Assembly: GCF_963921235.1 (NCBI RefSeq)
Contig: NC_086097.1
Coordinates: forward strand, 88,166,001-88,230,000
Reading direction: 5' to 3'
Origin: Mobula hypostoma
Lineage: Eukaryota
DNA: 64,000 nt
Position 1 is the first letter of the stretch. Each line of letters starts with the position of its first letter. Positions 11,690 to 23,941 of the stretch are shown in pieces. Made by a program: the position numbers and the translations under genes. Under the pieces are notes generated by a model. The model was not told the origin of the DNA, ran no database searches, and saw nothing but the letters and a program-made list of their open reading frames with translations.

Positions 11690-12290
11690 TTTCTGTCTCA
11701 CAGCTCCATTGCCCCAGGTTTATTCCTGATCTTGGGTGCCGGCTTTGTGGAGTTTACAAGTTCTCCCTGTGGCCACATCGGATTCTACAGGTTCTTCCTC
11801 TGTTTCAAAGATGTTCCAGTTGGTACGATAGTCAGTTATTGTAAACTACCCCTCAGTTGAGAAGCTTCCTAGGCCCCCCATCCCATGATCCTCTCCCTTC
11901 TCCAGCCTTGTATCCCTTTTGCCAATCAACTTTCCAACTCTTAGCTCCATCCCTCCCCCTCCTGTCTTCTCCTATCATTTCAGATCTCCCCCTCCCCCTC
12001 CCGCTTTCAAATCTCTTACTATCTCTTCTTTCAGTTAGTCCTGACAAAGGGTCCCGGCCCGAAACGTCGACTGTACCTCTTCCTATAGGTGCTGCCTGGC
12101 CTGCTGCATTCCACCAGCATTTTGTGTGTGTTGCCTCAGTTTAGAAGTTTGGAAGGAAAATCAGTTTAGAGTTGATGAACATTCAAGACAGAATAAGTTT
12201 CGGGGATATAATTGGGGTAATTTGAGTGCCGAGATTGCTCTGAGAGCGTCCATAGACTTGATGGGCCAAATAGACTTCCAAATTGTAGGA
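11690..12290 (+). mobile_element. tRNA-derived V-SINE/HE1-like SINE, interrupted at 11865-12133
   Basis: tgtggagtttacaagttctccctgtggcc core, then gttattgtaaactacccct, with a CR1-like tail (gacttgatgggccaaatag). Confidence 0.55.
11865..12133 (+). mobile_element. Penelope-like 3' fragment with a hammerhead-type motif
   Basis: 14-bp TSD cctcagttgagaag (11851-11864) and cctcagtttagaag (12134-12147). Pyrimidine-rich body, then ctgacaaagggtcccggcccgaaacgtcgact. Homologous to the tail of 50145-50700. Confidence 0.7.
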
Positions 12291-12464
12291 TAATATAAAA
12301 CAAGTCTGTAGGGCCACAGCTTAACATTTCATTCAAAGGCAGGCACTTTCACAAATCTGCTATTTTAGCATGGTCAGATCGATTAAAAGTGAGCCCCCAT
12401 TTTACAAGTTTCAAAGCTGGAATCGGGAGCTTCTTCCTTGCTAAGGAGCTCTTAAGATGGATCA

Positions 12465-13065
12465 AATGTCAATGTCAAAAGTGCATATGTTATCAAAGTA
12501 TGTATACCTTTTTTTTCAGCCTGGCATCTACAAAACAACAAAACACAATACTGTATAATCCAAGAAAACTCACACACAACAAAGACTGACAAACATCCAA
12601 TGTGTAAAAGAGGACAAATCATGCAAGTAATAAAAAAAAATACGTATCATATATAGAACATGAGCTGCAGGGTCCCCCAAAGTGAGTCTACAGGCTACGG
12701 AGTCGAGTGAAGCCAATTCAGGAGCCCATTGCTGTGGGGCAACAGCAGCTCTCGAACCTGCTGGTGAGGGACTCGTGACTCCTGCACCTCCAGTCCAATG
12801 GTAGTAGTGAGAAGTGAGAGTGACAGGCCACACGCAGGCAGACAGTGCTGAACATCAGTTCATTTTCCGCTCTGAGGCCTTAAGGCTTTCATCTGGCCTG
12901 ACGTCTGCTTCAGCGTTGGCCGATACATGGGGGCTGACCTAAAGTCTACTATCATTGGCTCCCTCTTGACTGATCTATCAATTGTATTGCTCCTGGACTG
13001 GTATCTCAGCCTCTCCTCATGTAGCTCTGACGGGATAAGTGCGGCAGAAAACAGACGATGTAGAG
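12465..13065 (-). mobile_element. Non-autonomous element with a Rex1/Babar-type 3'UTR
   Basis: Same tail architecture (caaacatccaatgtgtaaaagaggacaaatcatgcaa..aaagtgagtct) joined to a GC-richer non-coding body. Confidence 0.45.
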
Positions 13066-13069
13066 AATG

Positions 13070-13198
13070 AAACACAAAATACTCTGCAGATGCTGGGGTC
13101 AGAGCAAGACTCACAACATGCTGGAGGAACTCAGCAGTTCGGGCAGCATCCGTGGAAACTATCAGTCAACGTTTCGGGCCGGAACCCTTCGTCAGGAC
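13070..13198 (-). mobile_element. Short Penelope-derived fragment
   Basis: aaacacaaaatactctgcagatgctgggg..tgctggaggaactcagcag..gtcaacgtttcgggccggaacccttcgtcagg. Confidence 0.7.
13163..13198 (-). ncRNA. Minimal type-I hammerhead ribozyme motif with intact core
   Basis: Minus strand reads GUC-CUGACGA-A-GGG(UUCCGG)CCC-GAAAC-GUU-GAC: core CUGANGA and GAAA, stem II, palindromic AACGUU as stem III, and a 3-bp stem I. Confidence 0.55.
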
Positions 13199-13479
13199 AG
13201 ATGTTGACAGATGACACAGAGAACAGATGTTGACCAAAAAAAGCACAAGAGACTCAGCAACTCACTGACAGCCGTGAGATGTGTGTGGTTCTCGGTAGTG
13301 TCAAAGCTATTTGTGGTCCAAAGACTAGAGTCCCCATCCTAATTGACAGTCAGGAACGGAGATGAACAGACTAAGGGCTGAATTCAGTTGATGCCTGCCG
13401 GAAGGACTTCTTAGCTGTGACTCTGACCTTGACATGTTTGCTGTTAACTCAGTCCCACCACATTCTACTCAGTTGAGAT

Positions 13480-14880
13480 TTGAGCCCATCCTGATTGACA
13501 AGGTAATGCCTTCGGAGCGGACTGTCCACAATGAAGTTCTATAGTTCTACAGTGAGAATCACTTTCTGTGTATGGGAAGAGGAGGATGTGCCAGGGAACC
13601 ATGGAGGTGCAATAATCATGAACACTTCCAAGACTGATGGCAGTACCGACAGGGAGCTCTCTCTGCTGTCTGATCACTTTGTGAATTCATCCAACTATAG
13701 GCACAGTGGGCATGATCCTCATTGTGTGACAACTTCAGGAGAAAATGCAGGAAGCAGCACCGATCTCTATAAAAGGCCTTTCTAGACCACTAATTATTTT
13801 ACTTCATTGACTAGGAGACACCATGAAGCACCTTCCTCAAATTCAGCTTGTCGCAGAAACATATCTGCATCGGACGTTTGCTTCGTGAAGCATGAATGCC
13901 ATGATCCTAACCAATGGACTTGCAGCAGAGTCAACATACAAGGCTGTGTTATCTCGCCAACACTTCTTGTTCTTTGTCATTGCAATGTTGCACCCCCCCT
14001 TTAACAAACTTTCAAGGGAATGGAGCTGATCTTCAGAATTGATTGGAAACTGTTCAACCAATGGTGCCTATACTCCAGAGCTAAGATTATCTAAGCTAGT
14101 ATGATGTGTACATGCGTGTGCACGTGGAGACTGAATTCCAAGCTTTTGTCAACTTGTTCACTGAAGCATAGGAGAAGATGGACGTTGCAGCGAACATTCA
14201 TAGGTGAAAGTTCTCTGCCAACCTGTATCTGGTGAGGAATATCATCCTTGCAAAACAGATGTTCATGGGGGACTCCTAGACAAGTGTGAATTATTTTGCG
14301 TATCTTGAAAGCTACCTGTCGAGAAAGAGGGCAATGGAATCACCATCATCTTCACTGCATCGACTCGGCCCTTGAAAGATTTAGGAAAAATGTGTATAAA
14401 GATCAAGACCTCAGACCTGGTACAAAACCTACTACAGTGATTCCTACCTGCCTGTGTGCTTTTAGAGTGCTGGGTTACCTACAGCAGGCATGTCAAGGCA
14501 CTGGTAAGATGCCATCAATGCAGTCTACACAAAACCTCCTAAATTCATTGAAAGGATAAATAAACCACTGTCAGTGCTCTCTCTCAGGCCAATGTACCCT
14601 GTATTGAGGCTCTAATTACACTCAGTAAATAGCTCTGGGCAGGACACATAATTTGCTTGCCCAATACCAGGCTTCCTAAACTGCTAATCTGTCCTGTTCT
14701 ATCACAGGATAAAATTATTAACTGGACAGAGGATAGGTATAAAACGTCCTTGAATAAATGCACTATCTCCACTGACTCTTGAGAATATGTGTCTCAGGAT
14801 ACATAATGTGGAGAAAGAGTATTTAGGAAGCTATAGAGAAACTTAATTCCATATATTAGGAAGACATATAGATAAGATGA
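13480..14880 (+). mobile_element. Decayed RTE-clade LINE
   Basis: RT remnants QGCVISPTLL (~13940) and GMELIFRIDWKLFN (~14020), matching RTE motifs GVKQGCVIAPTLF and G..I.YRTDGKLFN. Many stops and frameshifts. Confidence 0.55.
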
Positions 14881-14889
14881 CATTTAGCC

Positions 14890-15445
14890 AGAAAGAATGC
14901 AAAGGAGATTTACAAGGATATTTCTGGACTCGGGACTGAGCTGTGGAACAAAGTTGACCAGGTTAATGACCTTATACATTGGAGCATAGGAGAATGAGGT
15001 GATCTTGCAGAGATTATAAAATCATGAGGACAATAGATATGGTAAATGTTGTAGTCTTTTCCCCAGCGTTGGGGAATAAAGCTCTAGAAAACATGGGCTT
15101 AGGGTGAGAGGGGAGAGATTTAGTAGGAACCTGAGGGGCAAATTTTTCACCCAGAGTTTGATCTGTATATGGAGTGAGCAACAGGGGAAGAGGTTGAGAT
15201 GAGTATATTAACAACATTTAAAGGACACTTGGACAGCTACACGGATAGGATTGGTTTTAGAGCAGGAGTTCCCACTGATTCCTCGGTTAATAGTAGGGGT
15301 CCATTGGCATAAAATAGGTTGGAAACGCCTGTTTTTGAGAGATATGAGGCAAATGCAGACAAGTGAGACTTGCTTAGCAGGGACTCCTGGTCAGGGTAGA
15401 CCAGTGCACCTGAAGGACCTGTTTCCATGCTCTACGTATGACTTG
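14890..15445 (+). mobile_element. CR1 LINE 3' fragment
   Basis: aaaggagatttacaagga..ggagaatgaggtgatctt..ggggcaaatttttcacccagag followed by a CR1 3'UTR. Confidence 0.65.
15263..15331. mobile_element. 69-bp hAT-type MITE inserted in CR1
   Basis: Ends caggagttccca and tggaaacgcctg. 8-bp TSD ttttagag / tttttgag. Confidence 0.6.
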
Positions 15446-16049
15446 ATGATTCAGGTCTATAGGTGCATACTTAACATTTTTAGCCATTTATTTAATTAAG
15501 TGAGATTTTCTAAATGGCAAGGCTTTAATGAGTTAAATAGTGGGCTGTTGGGCAGCGCGATTCATTAGGCCAGAAGTGTCTGTCCGTGCTGTATCACTAA
15601 ATAAATAAAATTCATCTTCAGTCCTAAAGGACTGCTGAAGAAGACCTTCATATTTTTCTGGATATAACTTGAATGTTTGACACAGATTTGTTTTAGAAAA
15701 TTTATTATTGCTTTACACTTTTAGTACAACACATCAAATGGATCAAGAATGATTTACTCATAGCTATCCTATTTGATCCTAGTGTGCAATCTTGTATCTG
15801 AACTAAATTTCTGAGATCCAGCATTTAATAGCAAAGAGATTCACACAGTATTCCTGTACACAAGTAAACCAAAGAAACTCATCTGCTTATTTTTCTTTTA
15901 TTTGTGTAATTGATATTCTGTCAATGTGTGGAAGCTCAAAATGCCTGTAGTTGTCTGTTTGATGGTCTCTCAGGTTATTATAGATACATTTGTTTTCCTA
16001 TACAACAGGGCCATGTCTTTCTCAACATTCATGGTACCATCAGTTCAAT

Positions 16050-16870
16050 ACGTTCTCTTACAATGTGTTAATGCATTATTTCCTGATGAAGCCATGCGTT
16101 TATGAACTCTTTCGAGGTACAAATGTCTCACTGTTCAGTGGCTGCAGGACCCTAGACTGTGGTCCTTCTGCACAAGGCCACTGAGGGGGCTGCACGGAGC
16201 TTCATTTCATCCCTCCGCAGGTACTCCTGCAGCCTGGAGCGTGTCAGTCGGCAGCGTTCACTCACAGGAATTTCCTTTCGTAGGAAAGCCAACAAGTTTT
16301 GTGCTTCTTTTGTCAAGTTGGTGGTCTTCCAGCTTTCCTGAACTTCATCTCGGTATATGAAGAGCCCACAGAGTCTTCTCATATGCAGCTATCAGAACAA
16401 ACCTTCCCTTCCAAACCACTTGGCTAACATGCAGTCAGGAGGTGGTTAATCACCTCATCTGTATTACAGCTGTCTAGAATGTAGTGTGGAATGGTATTCA
16501 GGCTCTAACGCGCATGAATGATCTGATGGGGAGAGCCCCTCTCACTGCCAAGAGAGCTCTTGATGCTTGTTTGTGATTCTGGAGATGACATTGATTTTGA
16601 CAGACTGCTTGGGGAACTATCCCACAGGATCCACCATCTCCTTCACCCTTGGGGTCTGCAGGAAACTGTGCTGACTAGTTGATGGATTTGTAGTGAAAAG
16701 TAATTTAGTTACAGAAACTATTCTCCAAAGGTTAGGTAGTGTAACCAGGTCCAGCTGAAGGGAACATTGCACAGCAATACCCATCCTTCACAGCATCAGG
16801 GACCGATAGAAGCTCCACATATTCTGACAGTGTGTCGGTGTACTCTGGGTCTGTGTACAGCTTGATACAG
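16050..16870 (-). mobile_element. Tx1-clade LINE, ORF2 C-terminus and 3'UTR (decayed)
   Basis: NLLAFLRKEIPVSERCRLTRSRLQEYLRRDEMKLRAA..RTTV* and the SSP.ITNKHQE / VRGALPIRSFMR remnants match Tx1 ORF2 ends. Confidence 0.7.
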
Positions 16871-18140
16871 CTAGTATCTTAACCTAGTCCAAATTGAAGG
16901 CAAATGTTACTGTCTTACTAGTGGATGCAGTAAACCAGATCTTGTGTGACCATTTCACAATCACTCTCGTGACACTGTTTACTGTACATTCAAAGCTTAC
17001 CTGCACTTTTGTTTTAATTTAACTGCAGTCTCATGAAATAGATATTAATACTTGAGTAAAAAATTCACCTTAGTTTTCCTGTGAAGCTTTCTTTTAGGTT
17101 TTTTCTTAAAACTACATCTGAGAGTCTATGGTAAAGTTGCCAAATAACTTGAAAGTAATAGGACAGATGTTTAAATTTCTTATTTAATATCAGGAGTGGT
17201 TTTGGTTCAGTTCATTAAATCCCTGAATTATCAGGCAATTGAGAGTCTCATTTGTAATTTTAAATGTTAACATCTTTGCGATGGAAAAGTTTGTTTTTGT
17301 TGTAATATTGTCATGATTACAAAAGCCTGTGTTCCTAAAGTCAATAAATACTTTAAAAGCCATCTGCTGTGCTTAGGCAAAGTAAAGTTGGGAGCTCAAG
17401 CATATCTGCTTAAATGGAAGGTCTACTCAAAATGCAATTCGCTGGATGGAGTTCCGTCTCCTTGACATCAAAACAATCAACTTGGTCTCATATCTGTCTA
17501 TTATTATCATTTTATCATGTTTTAATTAATGCTCTGTTAAATTCGTTACATCAATACTATGGCTTTCCATCCTCGCTTTGAACCCAGTAATACGTGCCTG
17601 CTTATCCATTGATATTTATGTAAAATTATTTGTTTTATGTTAGGATATGTTGCTTGTTTGGAATTAATTGGTCAGTTAATGTGGCTGTGTTTTTTCCACT
17701 AATAAATGATTAGCAAGATTTTGTATAAAATGTTGTATGACCCCTCAAGCATTTGGCACCCAACCAGAAGTTAATAAGTCGCTTCGTTTCTTGGCACTTA
17801 ATTGCCCCAGTAATTTACATTTAAATGATTAAGCTGTGGTCTATTAAACCTAGTTCAAGGAGCCTGATTTTTCAAACATTGTCAATTTACAGTTAAAATA
17901 GCTTTCTCTTCATACCATTTTTGTGGTGAAATCCAAAACTCATCTGACTTCACTCTTGCTCATTTCTCTAAAACTGTGGAACTTTTTAACCTCTGTTGCA
18001 TCCTGATGTACTTTATAATTCCACAAGACCATTTTCAGGAGTAGCACTTACCTTTGTGCACCAGGTTGCCCACCTTAAAATCCAGGTAATTATCATGCAC
18101 CTTGATGATATAATAAAGTTGCCAACGTTCTGACCTGGAC

Positions 18141-18314
18141 CTCTGTGATCCACAGCCTTAAGGAAGAGGACAGTTCAGTAGCAACCTCACACACAGACAT
18201 ATTTAGGATCTGCACATTCTTCTACTGCAGTCTATAAATCTGCAGATCCTCAATATGTCTGTGTGTGAGGTTCCTACTGAACTGTCCTCTTCCTTAAGGC
18301 TGTGGATCACAGAG
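18141..18314. repeat. Inverted repeat with 74-bp arms (2 mismatches) and a 26-nt loop
   Basis: 18141-18214 is the reverse complement of 18241-18314 except at two positions. Confidence 0.95.
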
Positions 18315-18946
18315 CTCCCTCTGTGAGCCTTTTGGAAGAAGAAATGTGAGCATGTCTCTTCCTGTTTCACGGTGCTGACTCTGGAGCGGAAAATGATCTT
18401 GGAGGATTTGGCAGTGAAAGTTCTCCAATCTGCATACTCCCTTTCTAGTTCCTTAATGTTCTCTGGGCCCAGCAGGTTGACATTCAGCTTCCATGTCCCC
18501 TGCCTGTCTTCTGGTTCTCCTGCAGGTGGCAGGTGGCTCAGAGGAAGCAGTGGTCAGAAGAACAGTGGTGTTGATGGATCTGACTGTGATGGGCTCTGAC
18601 ACGAAGATGAAGTCGATCCGGGAGTGGGCTGAGTAGTCTGATCATGACCAGGGGGGTTGTGGCTGTGCTGCAGGGGTGTTGAAGGCGTCATGCAGCTTAG
18701 CTATTTTAACTGTTTCCATCAGGAGCTGCTGTCCAGCCTGAAGTCTGCACTACCAGATCGTCCAGCTGCATTGATGATGCATTTGAAGTCACTAACCAGA
18801 AGGACTGGCCAGTGTGTCACCAGCAGCAGTGGGAGCTGCTTAGGGCTGGCAGGTCTCTGTGTCTCTCTCAAGGGGTGAGGAGTACACATTTATTAGCCTG
18901 TGTGGAGTGTCTCAGTTCATTCTGTCTGTCATGAGGAGGCCCCCCC

Positions 18947-18974
18947 GCCACACACACACACACACACACACACA
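18947..18974. repeat. (CA)n microsatellite within the Tx1 endonuclease
   Basis: cacacacacacacacacacacacacac. Confidence 0.9.
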
Positions 18975-19539
18975 CCCTGACTTGGGTAATTGAGAAGTTG
19001 CCTCCCCATAGCTGAATTCCCAGGCTAGAAACGCCACAGCTATTGTCCTCTGACCACACAGACAATCCATGGCGCCACCATTCCGAGCACCTCTGATAGT
19101 TGCCGAGGTGTTGTAGCCTGCGGTTCTGTAAGGAAATCGCATCAGCTTTGACTGAGGCCAATTCTTGTAAGGCATTGACCCATCACTCTGTGCTCTTCAC
19201 ACTGCACATGTTCAAAGATGTCAGTTTTATGTCCACGATTGAGGTTTTGATTCACAGTCCTTATCCATTTGTCACTCGGTCTGAGCCATCATGCCCACAG
19301 CCTTGGGAAACTGCCCCACTGTTTATGGGCTCAGGAACTGAGAATGATCCTGCCTCGGATGTGGCATTGCTGCTGGTGTGCCGGGGGTGGGTGGGGGTGG
19401 TGGAGGCGGGACATTGGTCACTGCTCTTTCTCCAACATCTTGTACTGGTTGACCTGCGCCCTCCACCTCTCTGTGCTGGGGTGCACTGGATGCTAGTCTG
19501 CTCCCAGACTCTTGGAGCTGGGAGCCAGTGGCCTCTGTA

Positions 19540-20045
19540 AAACATAACACAAGACATTCTGCAGATGCTGGAGATCCAAATTGACACACACAAGATGCAG
19601 CATAAGCAGCACCTATGGAAATGAATAAACAGTTGAGGTTTCAGGCCGAGACCCTTCTTCACAATTTGAAGGGAAGGGAAGGGGGAGGACAGCAGAATAA
19701 AATGGTGGGGAGATGGTAAGAAGGATAGCTAGTAGTGATAGGTGAAGCCAGGTGGGTGGGAAGGGTAAAGGGCTGGAGAGGAAGGAATCTGATAGGAGAA
19801 GAGAGTGGACCAGAGGAGCAAGGGAAGGAGGAGGGGACCCAGGGGGAGGTGATAGGTAGGTGAGAAGTAATAAGAGGCCAGAGTGGGGAATAGAAGAAGA
19901 GAGAAAGGAGAATTTTTTTTTAACCAAATGGAATACAAAGTGCTGCTCCTCCACCCAGAGGGTGACTGCATCATGGCACAAGAGAAGGTTTTGGACCAAT
20001 ATGTCAGAACGGGAATGAGAATTGGAATTAAAATGGTACAACTCT
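19540..20045 (-). mobile_element. Penelope-like 3' fragment inserted in Tx1 ORF1
   Basis: Minus strand HFNSNSHSRSDILVQNLLLCHDAVTLWVEEQHFVFHL (GIY-YIG C-terminus), then a pyrimidine tract and a decayed hammerhead motif (gtgaagaagggtctcggcctgaaac). Confidence 0.7.
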
Positions 20046-22111
20046 TGGTTTCCTGGAACTGGTATTGATTGGGCACTGTGCTGCTCACAATCTCCCTGGC
20101 TGTGAGTTGGTCAGCAGAAAATTCATTCCCTATCCGTATTTACCGGTTGGCTTTCTTCTACTTTTTCCTCTTCTGTCTGGCGCTTCCTCTGCCTGCTTCT
20201 TTGGTTTCCCATGCTTGTTTCATCCTCAGTGAGCAGAGGTTGCAGGTGTCTATTTGCTTTTCTGCTCTTTTCTCCCCATTACTTTTATTCTTGGCAGACC
20301 ATTGTCTCTTGGATGGTGTCTCCTGTGACGACTTCTTCATCCCTCCATTCTTCTCCTTTCCCTCCTCATGGACTCCTTCCCGTCTTGCAGGGGGGCCAGG
20401 AGGTTGAAAGCTTGAGGTGGTCCGCTTTTTCTCTGTCACATCTCATTTTCTGCGTTGGCCAAAGCCTTTGTGCTGGTGGTGTGAACACCATTTGTGTGGG
20501 CATTATCAGTGCTAGCCCCCCCTCATATTGCCTGTGGGTAGGTAGCAGCACATCAGGGCAGGCTTTGTCAAGGTGGCCTGCCTCTCTACACAGGTTGCTG
20601 TGGTTGCTTTCCTGGCACTCCTTTGTCTGGTGGCCTTCCTGTCTGCAGTTCTTACAGATCACTGTACTGCACTGGGCCGTGACATGTGCAGATTTACTGC
20701 AGTCGAGGCACAGCCTGGGTTGACTGGCATACATCATGTTACTGCGGTTCCTTCCACTGGCAAACACCTGAGGGACGGTGGATGATGGAATGATTTGAAT
20801 CCACCCTCAGCTTGACCTTCATCTGGTGCTTGCTTCTCCAGATCCCGAACGTATTTTTGATGTCCATACAGTTTCCTGCTCCCTCAACGTAATGGGCCAG
20901 GAAGGTGAGGATGTCCATAGTAGTTTAAACATGTGCACTGTGATCACATGCTCCTTCTGGGTGGTAATGGTCAGGAGTCTTCGTTTGTGGCAGCGGCAGT
21001 TCATTCCCTTTCTTCCGAATTCTGAAGGATCTTCTGCCATCCTGCCGCGTACTTGAAGGGGATGTCGAAGAAGCCGTTACCTGTGAAGTCTTGGACATAG
21101 TAGATGTCCCTCCCATCTAACCCGCAGCCCTTCAGAAGGGCCTTCCAAATGAAGCAGTCCCTGTTGAAGAGATTTCTATCCCTGAGATTCTTCAGTGCAA
21201 CTCAGCTGGTGTTTCAGATCCCAGGTCCTCCAGTCATTGGCAGATGCAGCTATTTTAACTGGTCTGATTGCTGGGAAAGGGTGTTGAATTAGTTTCTTAA
21301 TCATCATGAGGTTTCGCCCAAATATCAGCAGGTCAAGCTCTTATTGGCCCATTGATCACACTGAGTCCGTCTTCTGTCCTCAATGTCAGCAACCTCAAAG
21401 ATCCACCAAGATGCTACACTTGATCTTCGCGAAAAGGAAATCAAATTTATGTTTCATGGTAATAAACTGTCCAATGTCACAGGATTTTCAGAGTAAAGTA
21501 ATTGCTCAGCTTTTTGTACTGTTTGGTAAAACTCACTGTTGGACGGATAAGCATCAAGATGTTTATGCACTTGAGTTTGTTGAAGCTGTTTATGAATCAG
21601 TTTCCAGCAATTGTTTTGTCTGGTCAGAGATTTCACAGATAGATTTATTCTGCAGTTGACCCTGTTTATAATCTTGTTGGTGCATAAAGACATTAACCAA
21701 TAGTGTTAAAAGTTACATTTCTTTAATTCCTTTTCTCATTCTTTTTTCTTCTACTATTTCTCCATGTCTGCCCAACCATTCATTCAGATGATCATCAATG
21801 ATTGTTAGTGGAATCTTGAAGGGCTAAATCATCAATGATCCATTCAAAGCATCTTGCGCAATCTAAATGCTACAAAATTATTTTCTTCCCTTCTCGCAAG
21901 CTTGGTAGTGCCTTACATTGTGTGCTTTAGTATTTAACTAAGGATGTCAGTTCTCACAGAGAAGTGTATAACATAGATTGGTAGCACGTAGTTAAGTGAG
22001 AGGAATTTGGAAAAAAATGAAATTTTCAATGCAAGGCATTCCTTAATCAGGAATCAGTCGAAGTGAGTGAGAACAGATGAGAGATGAATGGGAACTGATT
22101 TATGGAATCAG

Positions 22112-22505
22112 AGTTCGAAGTTAAAACTTCAAAGTAAATTTATTATCAAAGTACATATATGTCACTATATACTACCCTGAGATTCATTTTCTTGTGGACA
22201 TTCACAGTAGAACAAAAAATACAATTGAATAAATGAAAAACTATACACAAAGAACGGCAAACAAGCAATGTGCAAAAGAACTGTCCAAGTATACTAAAAC
22301 ATAATAAATAAATAGTTAATAAATAATATAGAGAACATGAATTGTAGAGTCTTTGGAGCTGAGTCCATAGTTTGTGGAATCAATTTATCATTGAGCTGAG
22401 TGAAGTTATTCTCACTGGTTCAGGAGCTTGTTGGTTGAAGGATAATAACTGTAACTGAACCTGGTAGTGTGGGACCTAATGCTCCTATACCTGCTCCCTG
22501 ATGGC
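22112..22505 (-). mobile_element. Rex1/Babar-type LINE 3' end
   Basis: LLPSGSRYRSIRSHTTRFSYSYYPSTNKLLNQ plus the shared 3'UTR. Confidence 0.7.
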
Positions 22506-23169
22506 AGGAGATTTGACTGGCTTGAGTTTAAGGAGAATGGGATGGGATTGCTCCAGGATGGTAGTGGACTACACAGGTCTAAAGGTAAGGCAGACATGGA
22601 TTGAAGACTTCAGCAGTTGATGAGCAGAGGTAGGTGTGTATTTTGAGCAATATTAGGTGGAAATAACTGATGTGAATGTTACAAATAGTTGGTATCAGTC
22701 ACTACGGAATAGAGTTTTTGATGGGCTTATTCTGTCCAACATTTAGTTGGAGAAAATTGTTCCTCCAGAACATACTTTTGGGTAAATGTGAACAATTTAA
22801 GTATAATGGTGGGAGTCAATATGGTTGATAGGAGGGAGAGCTGTGTGCTATCATTTTACATTGAGGAATATGCTGTGGTCAGAAGAGACAGCCAGGTTGC
22901 AAGGAGTAGTTGGGACTGAGGTAGTTGGGAAAGATCTTGTAATACACTGGCCTAATGACATGCGTGCACTTTCCTGTAACAATTTTACAATTGCTTTTTT
23001 TCTGCAGCAGTTACCAAAACCAAAATACAACAGCCCTTCTCCTCTCACTCCTTGCACAGCTAAGTGAGTTACGTGGGTCAGTCTGCAGGTGAGGTGTTTG
23101 TTTGATCTTTCCCTATAAACTTCGACAGGTTTTAGGTTTCAAAAGTTCAGGGGCTACTGGTTACTCCAT

Positions 23170-23490
23170 GAGGACACAGAAAACAGGAGCAGGAGAAGGC
23201 CACCAGGCTCCTCAAGCCTGTACCCCACCGTTCAGTATGACTGTAGCAGCTCTATGCTACTCTCATCCTTTGTTCCAATCCCTATCACTCTCAATTCTTT
23301 GCTTTTTCAAATAGTTACATATCTCCATGTTTGATATATCTAACAATCTTGCTTCACCAAGCACAGAGGTGGAGAATTTTTGAGATTCACTACCCTTCGA
23401 GGGAAGAAATTTCTGAACACTTCAGTTTTAAAAGACTGGACCCTCATTTAGTAACCATGGCCCTGTGGTTTGTATCTTGCCTGCTAGTGG
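23170..23490 (-). mobile_element. Old CR1 3' fragment
   Basis: aggagcaggagaaggccaccaggctcctcaagcctg..cactacccttcgagggaagaaatttc. Confidence 0.5.
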
Positions 23491-23941
23491 AGATTTTATA
23501 TTACACTGCAGCTAACAGTAAAAGGAGAGACTCCAATATGAAGGTGGCAGAATACGCTGAGAGTGATTAGTAAGCCAGATGGGACTCTGCGACTCAAAAC
23601 CAAAGGCATAGAATGAAAAGGTTGGCAAGTTGCATTGACTGTCTACAAACAGCGATTAAGCCATAACAAAAGTTTTGCAGCCTTGTTACTTTATAGTAAC
23701 AAGGATGTGTACAGCCTAGAGAAGTAGAAAAGGTAGAAAGGTAGAATGATAGGTGATTTCAGCTGTATAGTTAAAAGTTGGGCTTGTTCTCTTGGAGTAA
23801 AGAAAGTTAAAAGGAGATTTGCTACAAGTATGTAATTTAAGATTGAATATTAGATGAAAGGAAGCTGTTCCCATCAAGTGAATGGTTCATAGACTAATGC
23901 ACTCAATTGTAATGTGTAGACAAAGGAGTAAGTGAAGAAGA

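Larger units (their letters stand above)
18241..21260 (-). mobile_element. Tx1-clade LINE 5' half: gag-like zinc-knuckle ORF1 and ORF2 endonuclease (pseudogenised)
   Basis: ORF1 remnants GRDIYYVQDFTGNGFFDIPF and VITVHMF, plus three CCHC-like knuckles (CLDCSKSAHVTAQC, CKNCRQEGHQTKEC, SNLCREAGHLDKAC; 20366-20767). ORF2 starts ~19235 with DIKLTSLNMCSVK..KADAISLQ..WWRHGLSVWS, then RLINVYS, SDFKCII and EETCSHFFFQKAHR. Confidence 0.8.

Noticed and set aside
20366..21180. Host ZCCHC3-like gene
   Set aside because: Frameshifted, with degenerate knuckles, and followed by a Tx1 ORF2, so it is retrotransposon ORF1.
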